A DNA stretch of 36,634 nucleotides from an uncultured archaeon (GCA_964342815.1 CAYFHS010000042.1:1-36634), one strand, 5' to 3'; numbered from the stretch's first letter, positions 18,484 to 28,128 are shown. Numbers and translations: made by a program. Notes: generated by a model not told the origin, from the letters alone.

Positions 18484-18813
18484 ATGAAATCCAAAGTAGT
18501 ATTTGCTGATGAGACGGTGAAAGAAGCATATGACCGATTACAAGGTTCCAGGACCGAAGATCAGAATCTCTATCGATGGTTAAACAGAGCATTCGATGAC
18601 TTGTCTGAAAATGCATTCTGTGGTATTCAGATCCCAAAGAAGTTGATTCCGAAAACATATTTGAAGAAGTATGGTATCGATAATCTATGGAAATATAATC
18701 TTCCAAATGCTTGGCGTCTTATTTACTCAGTGGCGAGGGATGAGGTCATTGTAATCTCAATCATTCTGGAATGGTTGACCCACAAGGAATATGAAAGACG
18801 TTTTAACTACTGA
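18484..18813 (+). CDS. RelE/ParE-superfamily toxin-like protein
   Basis: ~110-aa basic protein with NLWKYNLPNAWRLIYS and a terminal HKEYERRFNY, typical of archaeal RelE-like folds. Start is 18472 or 18484. Confidence 0.65.
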   Translation: MKSKVVFADETVKEAYDRLQGSRTEDQNLYRWLNRAFDDLSENAFCGIQIPKKLIPKTYLKKYGIDNLWKYNLPNAWRLIYSVARDEVIVISIILEWLTHKEYERRFNY

Positions 18814-19091
18814 ACGAATTTTACTTGTGATTTAAATGAGTTCCCCCCGACATTCAGAGTATGCAAGATTGATAATTAAGATGATTGCTACTGGAAAACA
18901 TTTGTTACCATAAGGAAAACAAAAAATTACGCCGGACCTTCGCCCCTCCTTGGCCCTATCGCACTAGCATAACTAACAGATTCCCGGTTCTCGGCCTTCA
19001 CCCAAATTCCGATCCCGCCAATGCCGATACCAATGAATTGTTCCCCCCGTCGGAACTTCGGAAATCACTAAGTCGTTATAGCAAGGTCCTG

Positions 19092-19781
19092 CTATCGTAC
19101 CTCGCATCTCCCCCCCAGGCTCCTTATGGCGTCGCGCAGGTCCAGGAGTTTTTTTGGGGGGTAACTTGTCATTACATTGAAGGCCGGATCAAGGGTTTTG
19201 GAAGCGACGAAAGGTTGCAGGACGTATGAGCTCGCACCCTTAATGGTCTTACCTATGGCGATAAGATCCTTTTCGGTTAGTTGCGTGTTTACCACAGTGG
19301 TCCTGAATTCGTATGCCTTCCCCGATTTCATTATCAAACCCATGCTCTCCCCGATCATCGCTGTATCGATGTTGGATCGCGTGATCTCCCGGTATCTACC
19401 AAGAGGTCCCTTGGCGTCCATAGCTATGTAATCCACCAGATTATTCTCAACCAGCTTCCCAATGACATCGGGCCTGCTGCCGTTGGTATCAACTTTTATG
19501 AGAAAACCCATTTTTTTCACTTTTTTTAAAAAGTCAAAAAGATCGGGCTGCAGCGTCGGTTCCCCGCCTGTGACCACCACGGCATCCAGTTTGCCCTTGC
19601 GCGTCTCGAGGAACGACAAAACTTCCTCAACCGGTATCAGGTTTCCGTATGAGCTCTCGTCTACCAGTTCCGGATTATGACAGTAAGAGCATCGGAAATT
19701 ACACCCCTGGGTGAACACGATCGCACAGTGTTTGCCAGGATAATCCGCCACCGAGAATCGTTTAAATCCACCTATGCGCAT
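19092..19781 (-). CDS. nrdG: Anaerobic ribonucleoside-triphosphate reductase activating protein (radical SAM)
   Basis: CNFRCSYCHNP (CxxxCxxC), VVVTGGEPTLQ, DTNGSRP, YEFRTTV. AGGTGAG RBS before ATG 19781. Adjacent to nrdD. Confidence 0.93.
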   Translation of the reverse strand: MRIGGFKRFSVADYPGKHCAIVFTQGCNFRCSYCHNPELVDESSYGNLIPVEEVLSFLETRKGKLDAVVVTGGEPTLQPDLFDFLKKVKKMGFLIKVDTNGSRPDVIGKLVENNLVDYIAMDAKGPLGRYREITRSNIDTAMIGESMGLIMKSGKAYEFRTTVVNTQLTEKDLIAIGKTIKGASSYVLQPFVASKTLDPAFNVMTSYPPKKLLDLRDAIRSLGGRCEVR

Positions 19782-19846
19782 GAGCTCACCTGTTTTTTTG
19801 TTATATTCAGCGGTATCTGCGTTTACACTAGATACCGCAAACATTG

Positions 19847-21979
19847 TCAAGCTGCTAACTCCGAAATATTTTCGAACTTCGCACCCTTGACAATATCATA
19901 GGTCTTTCTCGATCGGAATTCCTCTTTCTTGCCGCCGTTCCATTGGTCCACCGGTCTCAGGTACCCCACGACACGGGAATACACCTCGGTGGGCTGACCA
20001 CAGATCTCGCATGGATTTTGCTTTCCCAACAGGTACCCGTGAGAGGAACAGATGCTGAAAGTTGGTGTAAATGTGAAATACGGCAGGCGATAATTCTCAC
20101 ATATCTTCTGGACCAGATTTCTGATGGCCGCGGGGTCGCTCACCTGCTCCCCAAGGAAAAAATGCAGTACCGTACCGCCGGTATATTTCGTCTGTATATC
20201 GTCTTGCAGATCCAGTACTTCGAAGATGTCGTCACTGTAATTCACCGGCAGGTGTGACGAGTTGGTATAATAAGGTTCCCCCCCATTACGATAGGCTTCC
20301 TCATTAGCGCATATTATTTCGGGCATACTTATTTTATCCTTCTTTGCAAGACGGTATCCCGTACCTTCGGATGGTGTGGCCTCCAGGTTGTAATAGTCGC
20401 CGGTCTCCTGTTGAAATTCAAGAAGGACACCTCTCATCAATTCCTGCACCCGGATTGTGAATTCACGTCCTTCTTCGGTGGCTATATTAACTCCCAGAAG
20501 GTTCAGGCATGCTTCGTTCATCCCCAGTATGCCTATTGTTGAAAAATGGTTTTTCCAGTACTGGTCGAAACGCTTCTTCACGTTGCGGAGATAGAATTTC
20601 GAGTACGGATATAAATTCGATTCTGTGAACCGCTCAAGTACCTTTCTCTTGATGATCAGGCTTTCCTTGGCCATCACCATCAGTTCCTTGAGCCTTCCAC
20701 AGAACTCGATCTCGTTATCCGCGAGATATGCAAGCTTTGGCATATTGATGGTAACCACACCTATGGATCCGGTTAGTGGATTGGATCCAAAGAGACCCCC
20801 GCCACCTCTCTTTTTAAGACTTCGATTATCTATCCTCAACCTGCAGCACATGGAGCGAACGTCATCGGGACTCATATCGGAATTGATGAAGTTCGAGAAA
20901 TACGGGATGCCGTACTTCGCCGAAATATCCCAAAGGCCGGACAGGTGCGGGTTATGCCAGTCGAAATCCTTCGTTATATTGTAGGTGGGAATCGGGAAAG
21001 TGAATACCCTTGCCTTAGCATCCCCCTGGCCCATGATCTCGAGGAACGCCCTGTTGAAAAGATTCATTTCCTCCTGCAGCTCCCCATAGGTCCAATCCAT
21101 GGGTTTACCGCCAATGATTGCGGGTTGATCGGCGTAATAAGATGGAACGGTCAGGTCAAGTGTAACGTTTGTGAAGGGAGTCTGGAATCCGACTCTGGTT
21201 GGCACATTGATATTAAAGGCGAATTCCTGAAGCGCCTGTTTGACCTCCTGATAATTTAATCCGTCGTTTCTAATAAATGGCGCCAGGAGCGTATCGAAAT
21301 TGGATATGGCCTGGGCTCCGGCGGATTCCCCCTGAAGCGTGTAAAAGAAGTTGACTATCTGCCCGAGAGCACTTCTGAAATGTTTGGCAGGTTTACTCTC
21401 AACCTTTCCCCTTACCCCCCTGAATCCCTTGACAAGAAGATCGTAGAGATCCCAGCCCACGCAGTAGACCGACAGCATGCCCAGGTCATGGATGTGAAAA
21501 TCGCCATTTACATGGGCCGCCCGGATCTCGGGGGGATAGATATTGTTCAGCCAGTATATTTTGGTAATTTCGGATGACACATAATGGTTCAATCCCTGCA
21601 GGGAATAGGTCATGTTGCTGTTCTCGTTCACCTGCCAATCGCTCTTTTCCAGGTACTGCAGCATAAGATCGACGCTGGAGCCATCGGTTATTTCTCTTAT
21701 CCGAGCGTGCTGTTCCCGGTATATTATAAAGGCTTTAGCGGTCTTTCGATATCGGGAAGAAAGCAGAACCTCTTCGACGATGTCCTGAATATCCTCCACC
21801 GTTGGGACCCTTCGATCTATGGTATCTTCTGCAAGGTTCAAAACCCGCGTGGTCAACCGTCTAGCGTTGTGAGGATTTATCTCCCCATAGGAAGCCCCTG
21901 CTTTGATAATGGAATCGGTAATTTTTTCGGAATCGAATTTCACCAAGCGTCTGTCTCTTTTCCTGATCCTCTTGAACAT
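19847..21979 (-). CDS. nrdD: Class III (anaerobic) ribonucleoside-triphosphate reductase with N-terminal ATP cone
   Basis: ATP cone IRKRDRRLVKFDSEKI, SMCCRL active-site loop, NLEATPSEG, CSSHG..CEICG metal site, glycyl-radical motif SRVVGYLRP. Confidence 0.96.
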   Translation of the reverse strand: MFKRIRKRDRRLVKFDSEKITDSIIKAGASYGEINPHNARRLTTRVLNLAEDTIDRRVPTVEDIQDIVEEVLLSSRYRKTAKAFIIYREQHARIREITDGSSVDLMLQYLEKSDWQVNENSNMTYSLQGLNHYVSSEITKIYWLNNIYPPEIRAAHVNGDFHIHDLGMLSVYCVGWDLYDLLVKGFRGVRGKVESKPAKHFRSALGQIVNFFYTLQGESAGAQAISNFDTLLAPFIRNDGLNYQEVKQALQEFAFNINVPTRVGFQTPFTNVTLDLTVPSYYADQPAIIGGKPMDWTYGELQEEMNLFNRAFLEIMGQGDAKARVFTFPIPTYNITKDFDWHNPHLSGLWDISAKYGIPYFSNFINSDMSPDDVRSMCCRLRIDNRSLKKRGGGGLFGSNPLTGSIGVVTINMPKLAYLADNEIEFCGRLKELMVMAKESLIIKRKVLERFTESNLYPYSKFYLRNVKKRFDQYWKNHFSTIGILGMNEACLNLLGVNIATEEGREFTIRVQELMRGVLLEFQQETGDYYNLEATPSEGTGYRLAKKDKISMPEIICANEEAYRNGGEPYYTNSSHLPVNYSDDIFEVLDLQDDIQTKYTGGTVLHFFLGEQVSDPAAIRNLVQKICENYRLPYFTFTPTFSICSSHGYLLGKQNPCEICGQPTEVYSRVVGYLRPVDQWNGGKKEEFRSRKTYDIVKGAKFENISELAA

Positions 21980-21998
21980 TGTATCTCGCCCGCCCCTT

Positions 21999-22643
21999 TC
22001 ATAAGGCTATCATTCTAATTCTGTCCTTTTCCTCATCTATCTCGAAGTCCTCGAAAGAAGTTGGGGCCGCTTCCTTCAGTATCCTCAAAATCTCCATGGT
22101 CACCCTTCGGATCTCCCACTGGGCGGCGGGAGTGCAGCGGAGCTTGACAATGTGACGCCATTCCCTGAGATTGGCCGACACAACTATCTGCGTCTCCACG
22201 GCATTTGGGAGCACGAAGCGAGCATCCTCTTTTCTTATTCCCAATTCCTTCAGTTTGCCGTAGCTCTTCCTGGCACTCTCCATGAACTCGATAAAGGCCG
22301 AATGGGCTTCTTCGTTGTTGGATACGGAGTCGGGTTCAATATAGTTCATATCCCTCTCATCAACGTATCTCTGGGAGCGCTGGGTGAACGAACAAAGTCT
22401 ATGTCTTATTAGCTGATGCGTGAATACCCTTGAAACACCGGAGATCTCAAAAGTAGCATAGGCATGCTCCAGGACCGAACCGTGTCCTTTTTTTGTTATC
22501 TTTCTAATGAATGTTTTTTCTGAACCGTCTTTCTGGTGCCGAAAGGATTGATAAGCCGTCCTTCCAGCCCTCTCTATCAATCTCTCCGCACCTGGGGTGA
22601 TAGACAACAACTTCACGTTCATTTTCACTATGCCGTTGCTCAT
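21999..22643 (-). CDS. thyX: FAD-dependent thymidylate synthase
   Basis: GHGSVLEH, RVFTHQLIRHRLCSFTQRSQRY (ThyX signature), EDARFVLP, AQWEIR. Confidence 0.96.
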   Translation of the reverse strand: MSNGIVKMNVKLLSITPGAERLIERAGRTAYQSFRHQKDGSEKTFIRKITKKGHGSVLEHAYATFEISGVSRVFTHQLIRHRLCSFTQRSQRYVDERDMNYIEPDSVSNNEEAHSAFIEFMESARKSYGKLKELGIRKEDARFVLPNAVETQIVVSANLREWRHIVKLRCTPAAQWEIRRVTMEILRILKEAAPTSFEDFEIDEEKDRIRMIAL

Positions 22644-22702
22644 GATAAACTAACTCCAGGTTGGGGTCGAAAAAGGTAGGGTGATGCCATCTTCACTTGG
22701 TG

Positions 22703-22711
22703 TTTATATAT
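22703..22711 (-). promoter_or_regulatory. TATA box for the thyX-nrdD-nrdG operon
   Basis: ATATATAAA on the minus strand, 60 bp upstream of the thyX ATG. Confidence 0.5.
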
Positions 22712-23035
22712 TATTCCATTCTGTTTTTTCCATTTCCTTTTCCCACAAGAGAAGACTTTCTTTTTTATCTCTTTAATGTTGACAAAAAATAATGAAAATC
22801 TATAATGTTAAAATTAAAAGTTTAAAAGGGATTTATCCCTCCCAACCGCTTTCCCGTGGAGATTAGTGCCTTTTGTAAAAACTTGAAAATGCCCGCGTTA
22901 CCGAAGTAATATAAAAATTCCTAAGTCTGTCCATCATTCCATAGACAGAAGCTCTATTTCTACAATAATTTTGGCCGCAGTTGGATTAATTATGACCGAA
23001 TATTAGCCGCTTTTGAGAATTCGTTTTCATACAGT

Positions 23036-23356
23036 TTAAAGATGCGCTTCCAGCTTTGCGGTTAACGCGTTCTTTGCGTTGAAGCCCACAATGCGTTCCG
23101 CCTCTTTGCCGTTCTTCATAACTAGAATCGTCGGGATACTCATTATGCCGAACCGTGCCGTGGTCTCTTGATTCTCGTCAACATTCAATTTCCCAAATAC
23201 TATCTTTCCTTCCATTTCATCGGCGATCTGATCGATAATGGGACCGATCATTCTGCACGGCCCGCACCAGGGCGCCCAGCAATCCACCACGACAAGCGGA
23301 TGCTCTTTGGTTATTTTATCGAAGCTGTCGTCCGTTATTTCAACCGGTTTGCTCAT
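23036..23356 (-). CDS. trxA: Thioredoxin
   Basis: 106 aa; DCWAPWCGPC, KLNVDEN, IMSIPT. Confidence 0.96.
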   Translation of the reverse strand: MSKPVEITDDSFDKITKEHPLVVVDCWAPWCGPCRMIGPIIDQIADEMEGKIVFGKLNVDENQETTARFGIMSIPTILVMKNGKEAERIVGFNAKNALTAKLEAHL

Positions 23357-23594
23357 TTCATCTACCCCTGTTCACTTGCGCACATGAATTGGTATTTAAC
23401 AAATCATCATAATGAACTTGCGCTCCCTAATGCTGCCATTGATTATCTTTTTGTTGGCGATTTTTACGATGATTCTGACTACGATTTAATAATTAATAAT
23501 ATAGGAGAAAAACAATTTCCGTATTATTTCCAACATCTAACCAAAACCTATAAATAATCTTACTACAAGTAGACTTAATTAGATAATTATTTTT

Positions 23595-25571
23595 ATGAGT
23601 AATAAGGTGGTCAAAATGAGAAAAACAATGATAAAAATATTTTCTATTCTCCTTCTTACGGCTCTGGTATCCTTTATTCCAAACACTGGGTTCGGTGAAA
23701 ATACACGAGCTTCGGTAATAATGGTTTCAGACCCGGCCATTGAGGTAGACATCGACAACTCCTTTGCTTCCACCGAGGTCAGTTTCGAAATTGAAAATAA
23801 GGGCTCATCCGACAAGGAAATGAACTTTCAGATAACTATTCCCTCGGAGGCATTCTTCACCAATCTTTCCATAAAATACGACGAAAAGAATTACTACGGA
23901 CAGGTAAAGGAATCTGATGAGGCCCAGCAGGAATACGATGAGGCCGTGGAATCGGGAAAGAGCGCCATCAAACTCGACAAACAGTCTGTGGAAAGCTTTT
24001 CAATGACCTTCAACATCCCCTCGGAGAAACCGATAAAGGTATCGTACTCCTACCACCAGTTTCTCGTCAAAGAACTTGGAGGTTATGAAATATCGGTAAT
24101 TCCGGCAAGGCTTCTACCGAGTTTGACCTCGACGGAAATTTCCATATCCTTTAACGTAAATTCTCCTTTCGACATGACCAATGCGGACATTAGCAACCTG
24201 AATGGAAAGATCAACTTTGTCGGGACAAGCTCTTTCAGTATTGACGCGGATCTGGACCACTCATCCATGGCCAAGGAGATACTGCTGAGCTATGATACCG
24301 CAACCACTAATACGGAGGGTAATACCCAATTCCACAAGGACGGGGAGATCACATATTTCCTCCATACCTTCGCACCTGGCATGGAAGACCTTGGTAACAA
24401 GGCACTGAACAAGGATATCGTATTCATCGTTGACTGTTCGGGTTCCATGGACGGAACGAAAATGACGCAGACAAAGGAGGCTTTCAATCTCATTGTAGAC
24501 GAGTTATATGTGGATACGGACCGATTCAACATAATCTCGTTCAGTAATAATCCAAACTCATGGAAGACCGAGCTGCAGGTACCCAATGACGCCACGGTGA
24601 AAAATGCCAAAGAATACATCAACAGCCTTAGTGCAGTGGGCGGGACCAATATCATGGATTCCCTCGAAGAAGGATTAGATATGTTCGACGACAATGCAAC
24701 GCGTATGAAGATAATCGTCTTTATGACGGATGGAGAACCCACTTCCGGTGTTACGGTACCCAACACCATTTGCTCGTCCATTCAGAAGAAAAACACGAAG
24801 AATGTATCGATATTCTCACTGGGCGTGGGTACCAATATAGATTTCGAATTCCTGAAAAAACTCTCCTACGTCAACTATGCCCGGGCCTATCCTATAGATG
24901 ACAAGACGGACATCAGCGAGCAGATCGCCCATTTCTACGACACAATATCGACGCCTCTGATTCATGAACTACATCTTGATTACGAAAATACCGATGAAGT
25001 TTATCACCGACATGCTCCCTACATGTTCAAGGGACAGGAACACTGTATCCTTGGAAAGGTTATAGATACGGGAAAAAAGGTAAAGTTTACTGGCTCCGGT
25101 ATGACGGTAAACGGGGAAAACCAGTTCTCCGGAGGGTTCACACCCACTGCCGATAATAATCCCTTCGTGTCCCGTCTCTGGGCATTCATGCATATAAGGT
25201 GGTGCGAAGAAAAGATGCTCATCGACAACGGGAATAGTAACATATATCGAGATGAGCTGATCCATACCGCTCTGGAATTCCAGATCGTAACGGATTATAC
25301 CACCATGATCGTAGTTGCTGAAAATGAATTCGAAGAAGAGCCGGAAGAGCCCGAACCTGCGGTGGAGGATAAGGATGACCAAAGCTACAACTCCGGTACC
25401 AGTAATAATAATCCACCAAGCCAGAGTTCCAAGTACGATGATGATGAAGATCCGTCCCCTTCGGGCAGCAGTCGTTGGGATGATGATGAAAATGCACCCG
25501 TTAGCGTGAGAGTATTGTTTACCGCTTTGTTTTTCGTACTCCCGATACTGTATTACCGAAGACGAAATTAG
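23595..25571 (+). CDS. Surface-anchored VIT + von Willebrand A domain protein (inter-alpha-trypsin inhibitor heavy-chain-like)
   Basis: Signal peptide; VIT-like N-terminus (KESDEAQQEYDEAVESGKSA); MIDAS DCSGS, GGTNI, FMTDGEPT; RLWAF; Ser/Asp-rich linker; C-terminal TM helix followed by RRRN. Confidence 0.9.
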   Translation: MSNKVVKMRKTMIKIFSILLLTALVSFIPNTGFGENTRASVIMVSDPAIEVDIDNSFASTEVSFEIENKGSSDKEMNFQITIPSEAFFTNLSIKYDEKNYYGQVKESDEAQQEYDEAVESGKSAIKLDKQSVESFSMTFNIPSEKPIKVSYSYHQFLVKELGGYEISVIPARLLPSLTSTEISISFNVNSPFDMTNADISNLNGKINFVGTSSFSIDADLDHSSMAKEILLSYDTATTNTEGNTQFHKDGEITYFLHTFAPGMEDLGNKALNKDIVFIVDCSGSMDGTKMTQTKEAFNLIVDELYVDTDRFNIISFSNNPNSWKTELQVPNDATVKNAKEYINSLSAVGGTNIMDSLEEGLDMFDDNATRMKIIVFMTDGEPTSGVTVPNTICSSIQKKNTKNVSIFSLGVGTNIDFEFLKKLSYVNYARAYPIDDKTDISEQIAHFYDTISTPLIHELHLDYENTDEVYHRHAPYMFKGQEHCILGKVIDTGKKVKFTGSGMTVNGENQFSGGFTPTADNNPFVSRLWAFMHIRWCEEKMLIDNGNSNIYRDELIHTALEFQIVTDYTTMIVVAENEFEEEPEEPEPAVEDKDDQSYNSGTSNNNPPSQSSKYDDDEDPSPSGSSRWDDDENAPVSVRVLFTALFFVLPILYYRRRN

Positions 25572-25591
25572 ACCCCTAGGGTGGATTACGC

Positions 25592-28024
25592 ATGGAATGG
25601 AAAATAAGAAGAATATTTATTCCGCTCGTATTAACAATGATGCTGGCTCTCATTTCAGCTACAAACATTTCCGCGCAGCATTACAGCGTCACCCCTATAA
25701 ACGCGGATAAGAACAATATCAACGATCTAGCGTTTGTTCCGGGGAAATCCACCCTTTTGGCCATCAGCGACGACAGCGATCTTTTGATCTGTGATATTAA
25801 CGGGAACATAGTGCATGACAAGAAGTTCCCTTCAAACCTTTACTCGGTGGCCGTTCATCCAAGCGGAGCGATGGCTGCCGCAGGGGGCAGGGCCGATGAC
25901 GGTATCAATGCCACGTTGTATATAATAAGCCCCATAACCGGTCAGATCACAAGAGAGATATCCACGGACCACGGCAGTATCTACTGTCTCGAATTCTCCC
26001 ACGATTCGTCCCTTCTTGTGGTAACCACGGGTGACGGCACGATGCTGCTGCTCAACACCACCAACTTCAGCATATACCGGGAAAAGGCACTTGGAGAAAA
26101 GATTTTTTCGGCATCTTTCTCCCCCTACGACGATGCTCTCGTCATCGGTGACGCGGCTGGACGACTCCACATCTACTGGCCGGGCAACGACTCTCTTAAA
26201 AGCATTACCGCGCATAGTGACAGGGTTTACGATACGCTTTGGCCGGCTGATGATACACTTCTCTCATGCGGCAAAGATGGAGTAATAAAAATTTTCGGTA
26301 AGGGATTGAAGGAACTGAGGGTTCTTACAGCCCATGATGATACGGTCCTACGTCTCGGAGGCTCGTCCGGCGGCAGATATGTATTATCAGGAGGAAATGA
26401 CGGTAGGACGGTCATCTGGGACATGAAGGACAATTCCGTGGCGTTTGAACTTGGAAGTGCAAAATACTTTGTAGAATCCAATGCGGTATCGCGTGACGGT
26501 CGATACGCTTGCTACGGTACTTCCGACTCCCAGATATTCATTGTTTCCCTGGACCCGGACGACGACGGCTATTTACTGTTGGAGGATGATTTTCCAAACG
26601 ATCCCGCAGCGTCATCTGACTCGGATGATGACGGTTCACCGGATGATTGGAACGAAGAAAAATCGGTGGTCGATAGCACATCAGGATTACACCTGGATCA
26701 TTTTCCCGGCGATCCCGCTGCCAGTTTGGATACCGACGAGGATGGTTTTCCCGACGAATGGAATTCGAACATGACCATGGATGATTCCAACAGCAACATC
26801 AGCCGCCTTGATGATTTCCCTTCGGACCCCGCCGCAAGCCTGGATACAGACGGTGACGGATCACCGGACGAATGGAACATTGGCAAGAATGGCGGGGATT
26901 CCATAACGGACCTGGAACTTGATATCTTCCCGAGCGATCCGGATGAATGGGCCGATTCTGATTGGCCTTTTGCCGACGGGATCGGTGATAACGCCGACAG
27001 GTTTCCGGGTTTCAACAATTATGTTTTTTATATCCTCATTGTGGTCTCCGTGGTTATCGTCATGGTGATCATTGTTCTGAAAATTCGGTCGGGTTCCGGA
27101 AGGGTCACATTCACATCCGTGGGAGAGATAAGTGATGAGGAAAAAGTGGAGCAAAAAAGTTTGGAGCTGGGCCATGGGCGGCAAATAAAAATGAAAGCGG
27201 TGGACGGCAGAATTGAAAGGCTAGTCCCGAACTATCTTATCACGCACAAGCTGGGCTCGGGAAGTTTTGCTTCGGTATACCAGGCGAACAGTCTTGAAGG
27301 AGGAAAGGTGGCGATAAAACTTCCGAAACTTCTCGATGAGACGCTTGATTCTTCCATATACGAGAAGTTCGAAAGCGAGGCGAAAATATGGAAGAAGCTG
27401 GAGCACCAGAATATAGTGGAGCTTTGTGACGCCGGGACTGATCCCATACCTTACATGGTGATGGAGCTGATGGAAGGGGGTAATCTAAAACTGCTTCTTG
27501 CCGAGCGGGAGCTGACGGTGGAAGAGAGCGTGAACATAATGCTGGGGCTGCTGGACGCCATGTCCTTCGCCCACCGGATGGCAACGGTTCACAGGGATAT
27601 CAAGCCCGAAAATATTCTCTTTACCGGTGGCGGACAACCAAAAATATCCGACTGGGGCATAGGCAAGTTCATGGCTTCGGAAAATGTCACGGAGAGCAGC
27701 GGACACAAGGGGACCCTCGCGTACAGCGCACCGGAGCAGGTCTCGCCGAAAAAATACGGAAAGGTTGACTGGAGCACCGATATGTTCCAGCTTGGTACGG
27801 TGTTCTATGAGATGCTGACCGGTTTAAATCCGTTCATGGGGGAAGATCCGGCGGAGGTGATTTCGAATATTTTATATACGGACGTGGAACCCCCAAGCTC
27901 GATTAACCCCAATATCCCCAGGGGAATTGATGAGATAGTGATGAGGGCTCTCTCACGCGAAAAGAGAGAGCGATGGCGTAGTACGGACGTGATGTACGAG
28001 AGGCTGAAGGAAATGGTGAGATGA
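25592..28024 (+). CDS. Receptor-like Hanks-type Ser/Thr kinase: WD40 propeller, TSP3-like Ca-binding repeats, TM helix, kinase domain
   Basis: Signal peptide; WD repeats (AHSDRVYDTLW, AHDDTVLRL..DGRTVIWD); three DxFPxDPAASxDxDxDGxPDxWN repeats; TM helix; LGSGSFASVY, VAIK, HRDIKPEN, DWG, APE. Confidence 0.92.
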   Translation: MEWKIRRIFIPLVLTMMLALISATNISAQHYSVTPINADKNNINDLAFVPGKSTLLAISDDSDLLICDINGNIVHDKKFPSNLYSVAVHPSGAMAAAGGRADDGINATLYIISPITGQITREISTDHGSIYCLEFSHDSSLLVVTTGDGTMLLLNTTNFSIYREKALGEKIFSASFSPYDDALVIGDAAGRLHIYWPGNDSLKSITAHSDRVYDTLWPADDTLLSCGKDGVIKIFGKGLKELRVLTAHDDTVLRLGGSSGGRYVLSGGNDGRTVIWDMKDNSVAFELGSAKYFVESNAVSRDGRYACYGTSDSQIFIVSLDPDDDGYLLLEDDFPNDPAASSDSDDDGSPDDWNEEKSVVDSTSGLHLDHFPGDPAASLDTDEDGFPDEWNSNMTMDDSNSNISRLDDFPSDPAASLDTDGDGSPDEWNIGKNGGDSITDLELDIFPSDPDEWADSDWPFADGIGDNADRFPGFNNYVFYILIVVSVVIVMVIIVLKIRSGSGRVTFTSVGEISDEEKVEQKSLELGHGRQIKMKAVDGRIERLVPNYLITHKLGSGSFASVYQANSLEGGKVAIKLPKLLDETLDSSIYEKFESEAKIWKKLEHQNIVELCDAGTDPIPYMVMELMEGGNLKLLLAERELTVEESVNIMLGLLDAMSFAHRMATVHRDIKPENILFTGGGQPKISDWGIGKFMASENVTESSGHKGTLAYSAPEQVSPKKYGKVDWSTDMFQLGTVFYEMLTGLNPFMGEDPAEVISNILYTDVEPPSSINPNIPRGIDEIVMRALSREKRERWRSTDVMYERLKEMVR

Positions 28025-28128
28025 ACGCACACTGTGTGGATTCTGGATTAGGGGGGAAGGGAAATAAAAATATTAATCTCCAGAGAAAAAAAAAGAATAT
28101 AATAGAACATAGTGGAAAACCCAATTAT

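Noticed and set aside
18885-19229. 114-aa + strand ORF, and a startless minus-strand frame (IGIGIGGIGIWVKAEN...) at about 18928-19066
   Set aside because: The + ORF overlaps nrdG antisense and has no recognisable features. The minus frame has no start codon. No known ncRNA (SRP, RNase P, riboswitch) signature was found there.
19847-21979. Intein or intron in nrdD
   Set aside because: The length is normal for an ATP-cone NrdD, and no intein block motifs or frame interruption are present.
22644-23035. Cobalamin riboswitch or NrdR box upstream of thyX-nrdD
   Set aside because: Only an isolated GGGAA-like stretch, lying upstream of the predicted TATA box. The conserved riboswitch core and the NrdR palindrome are absent.
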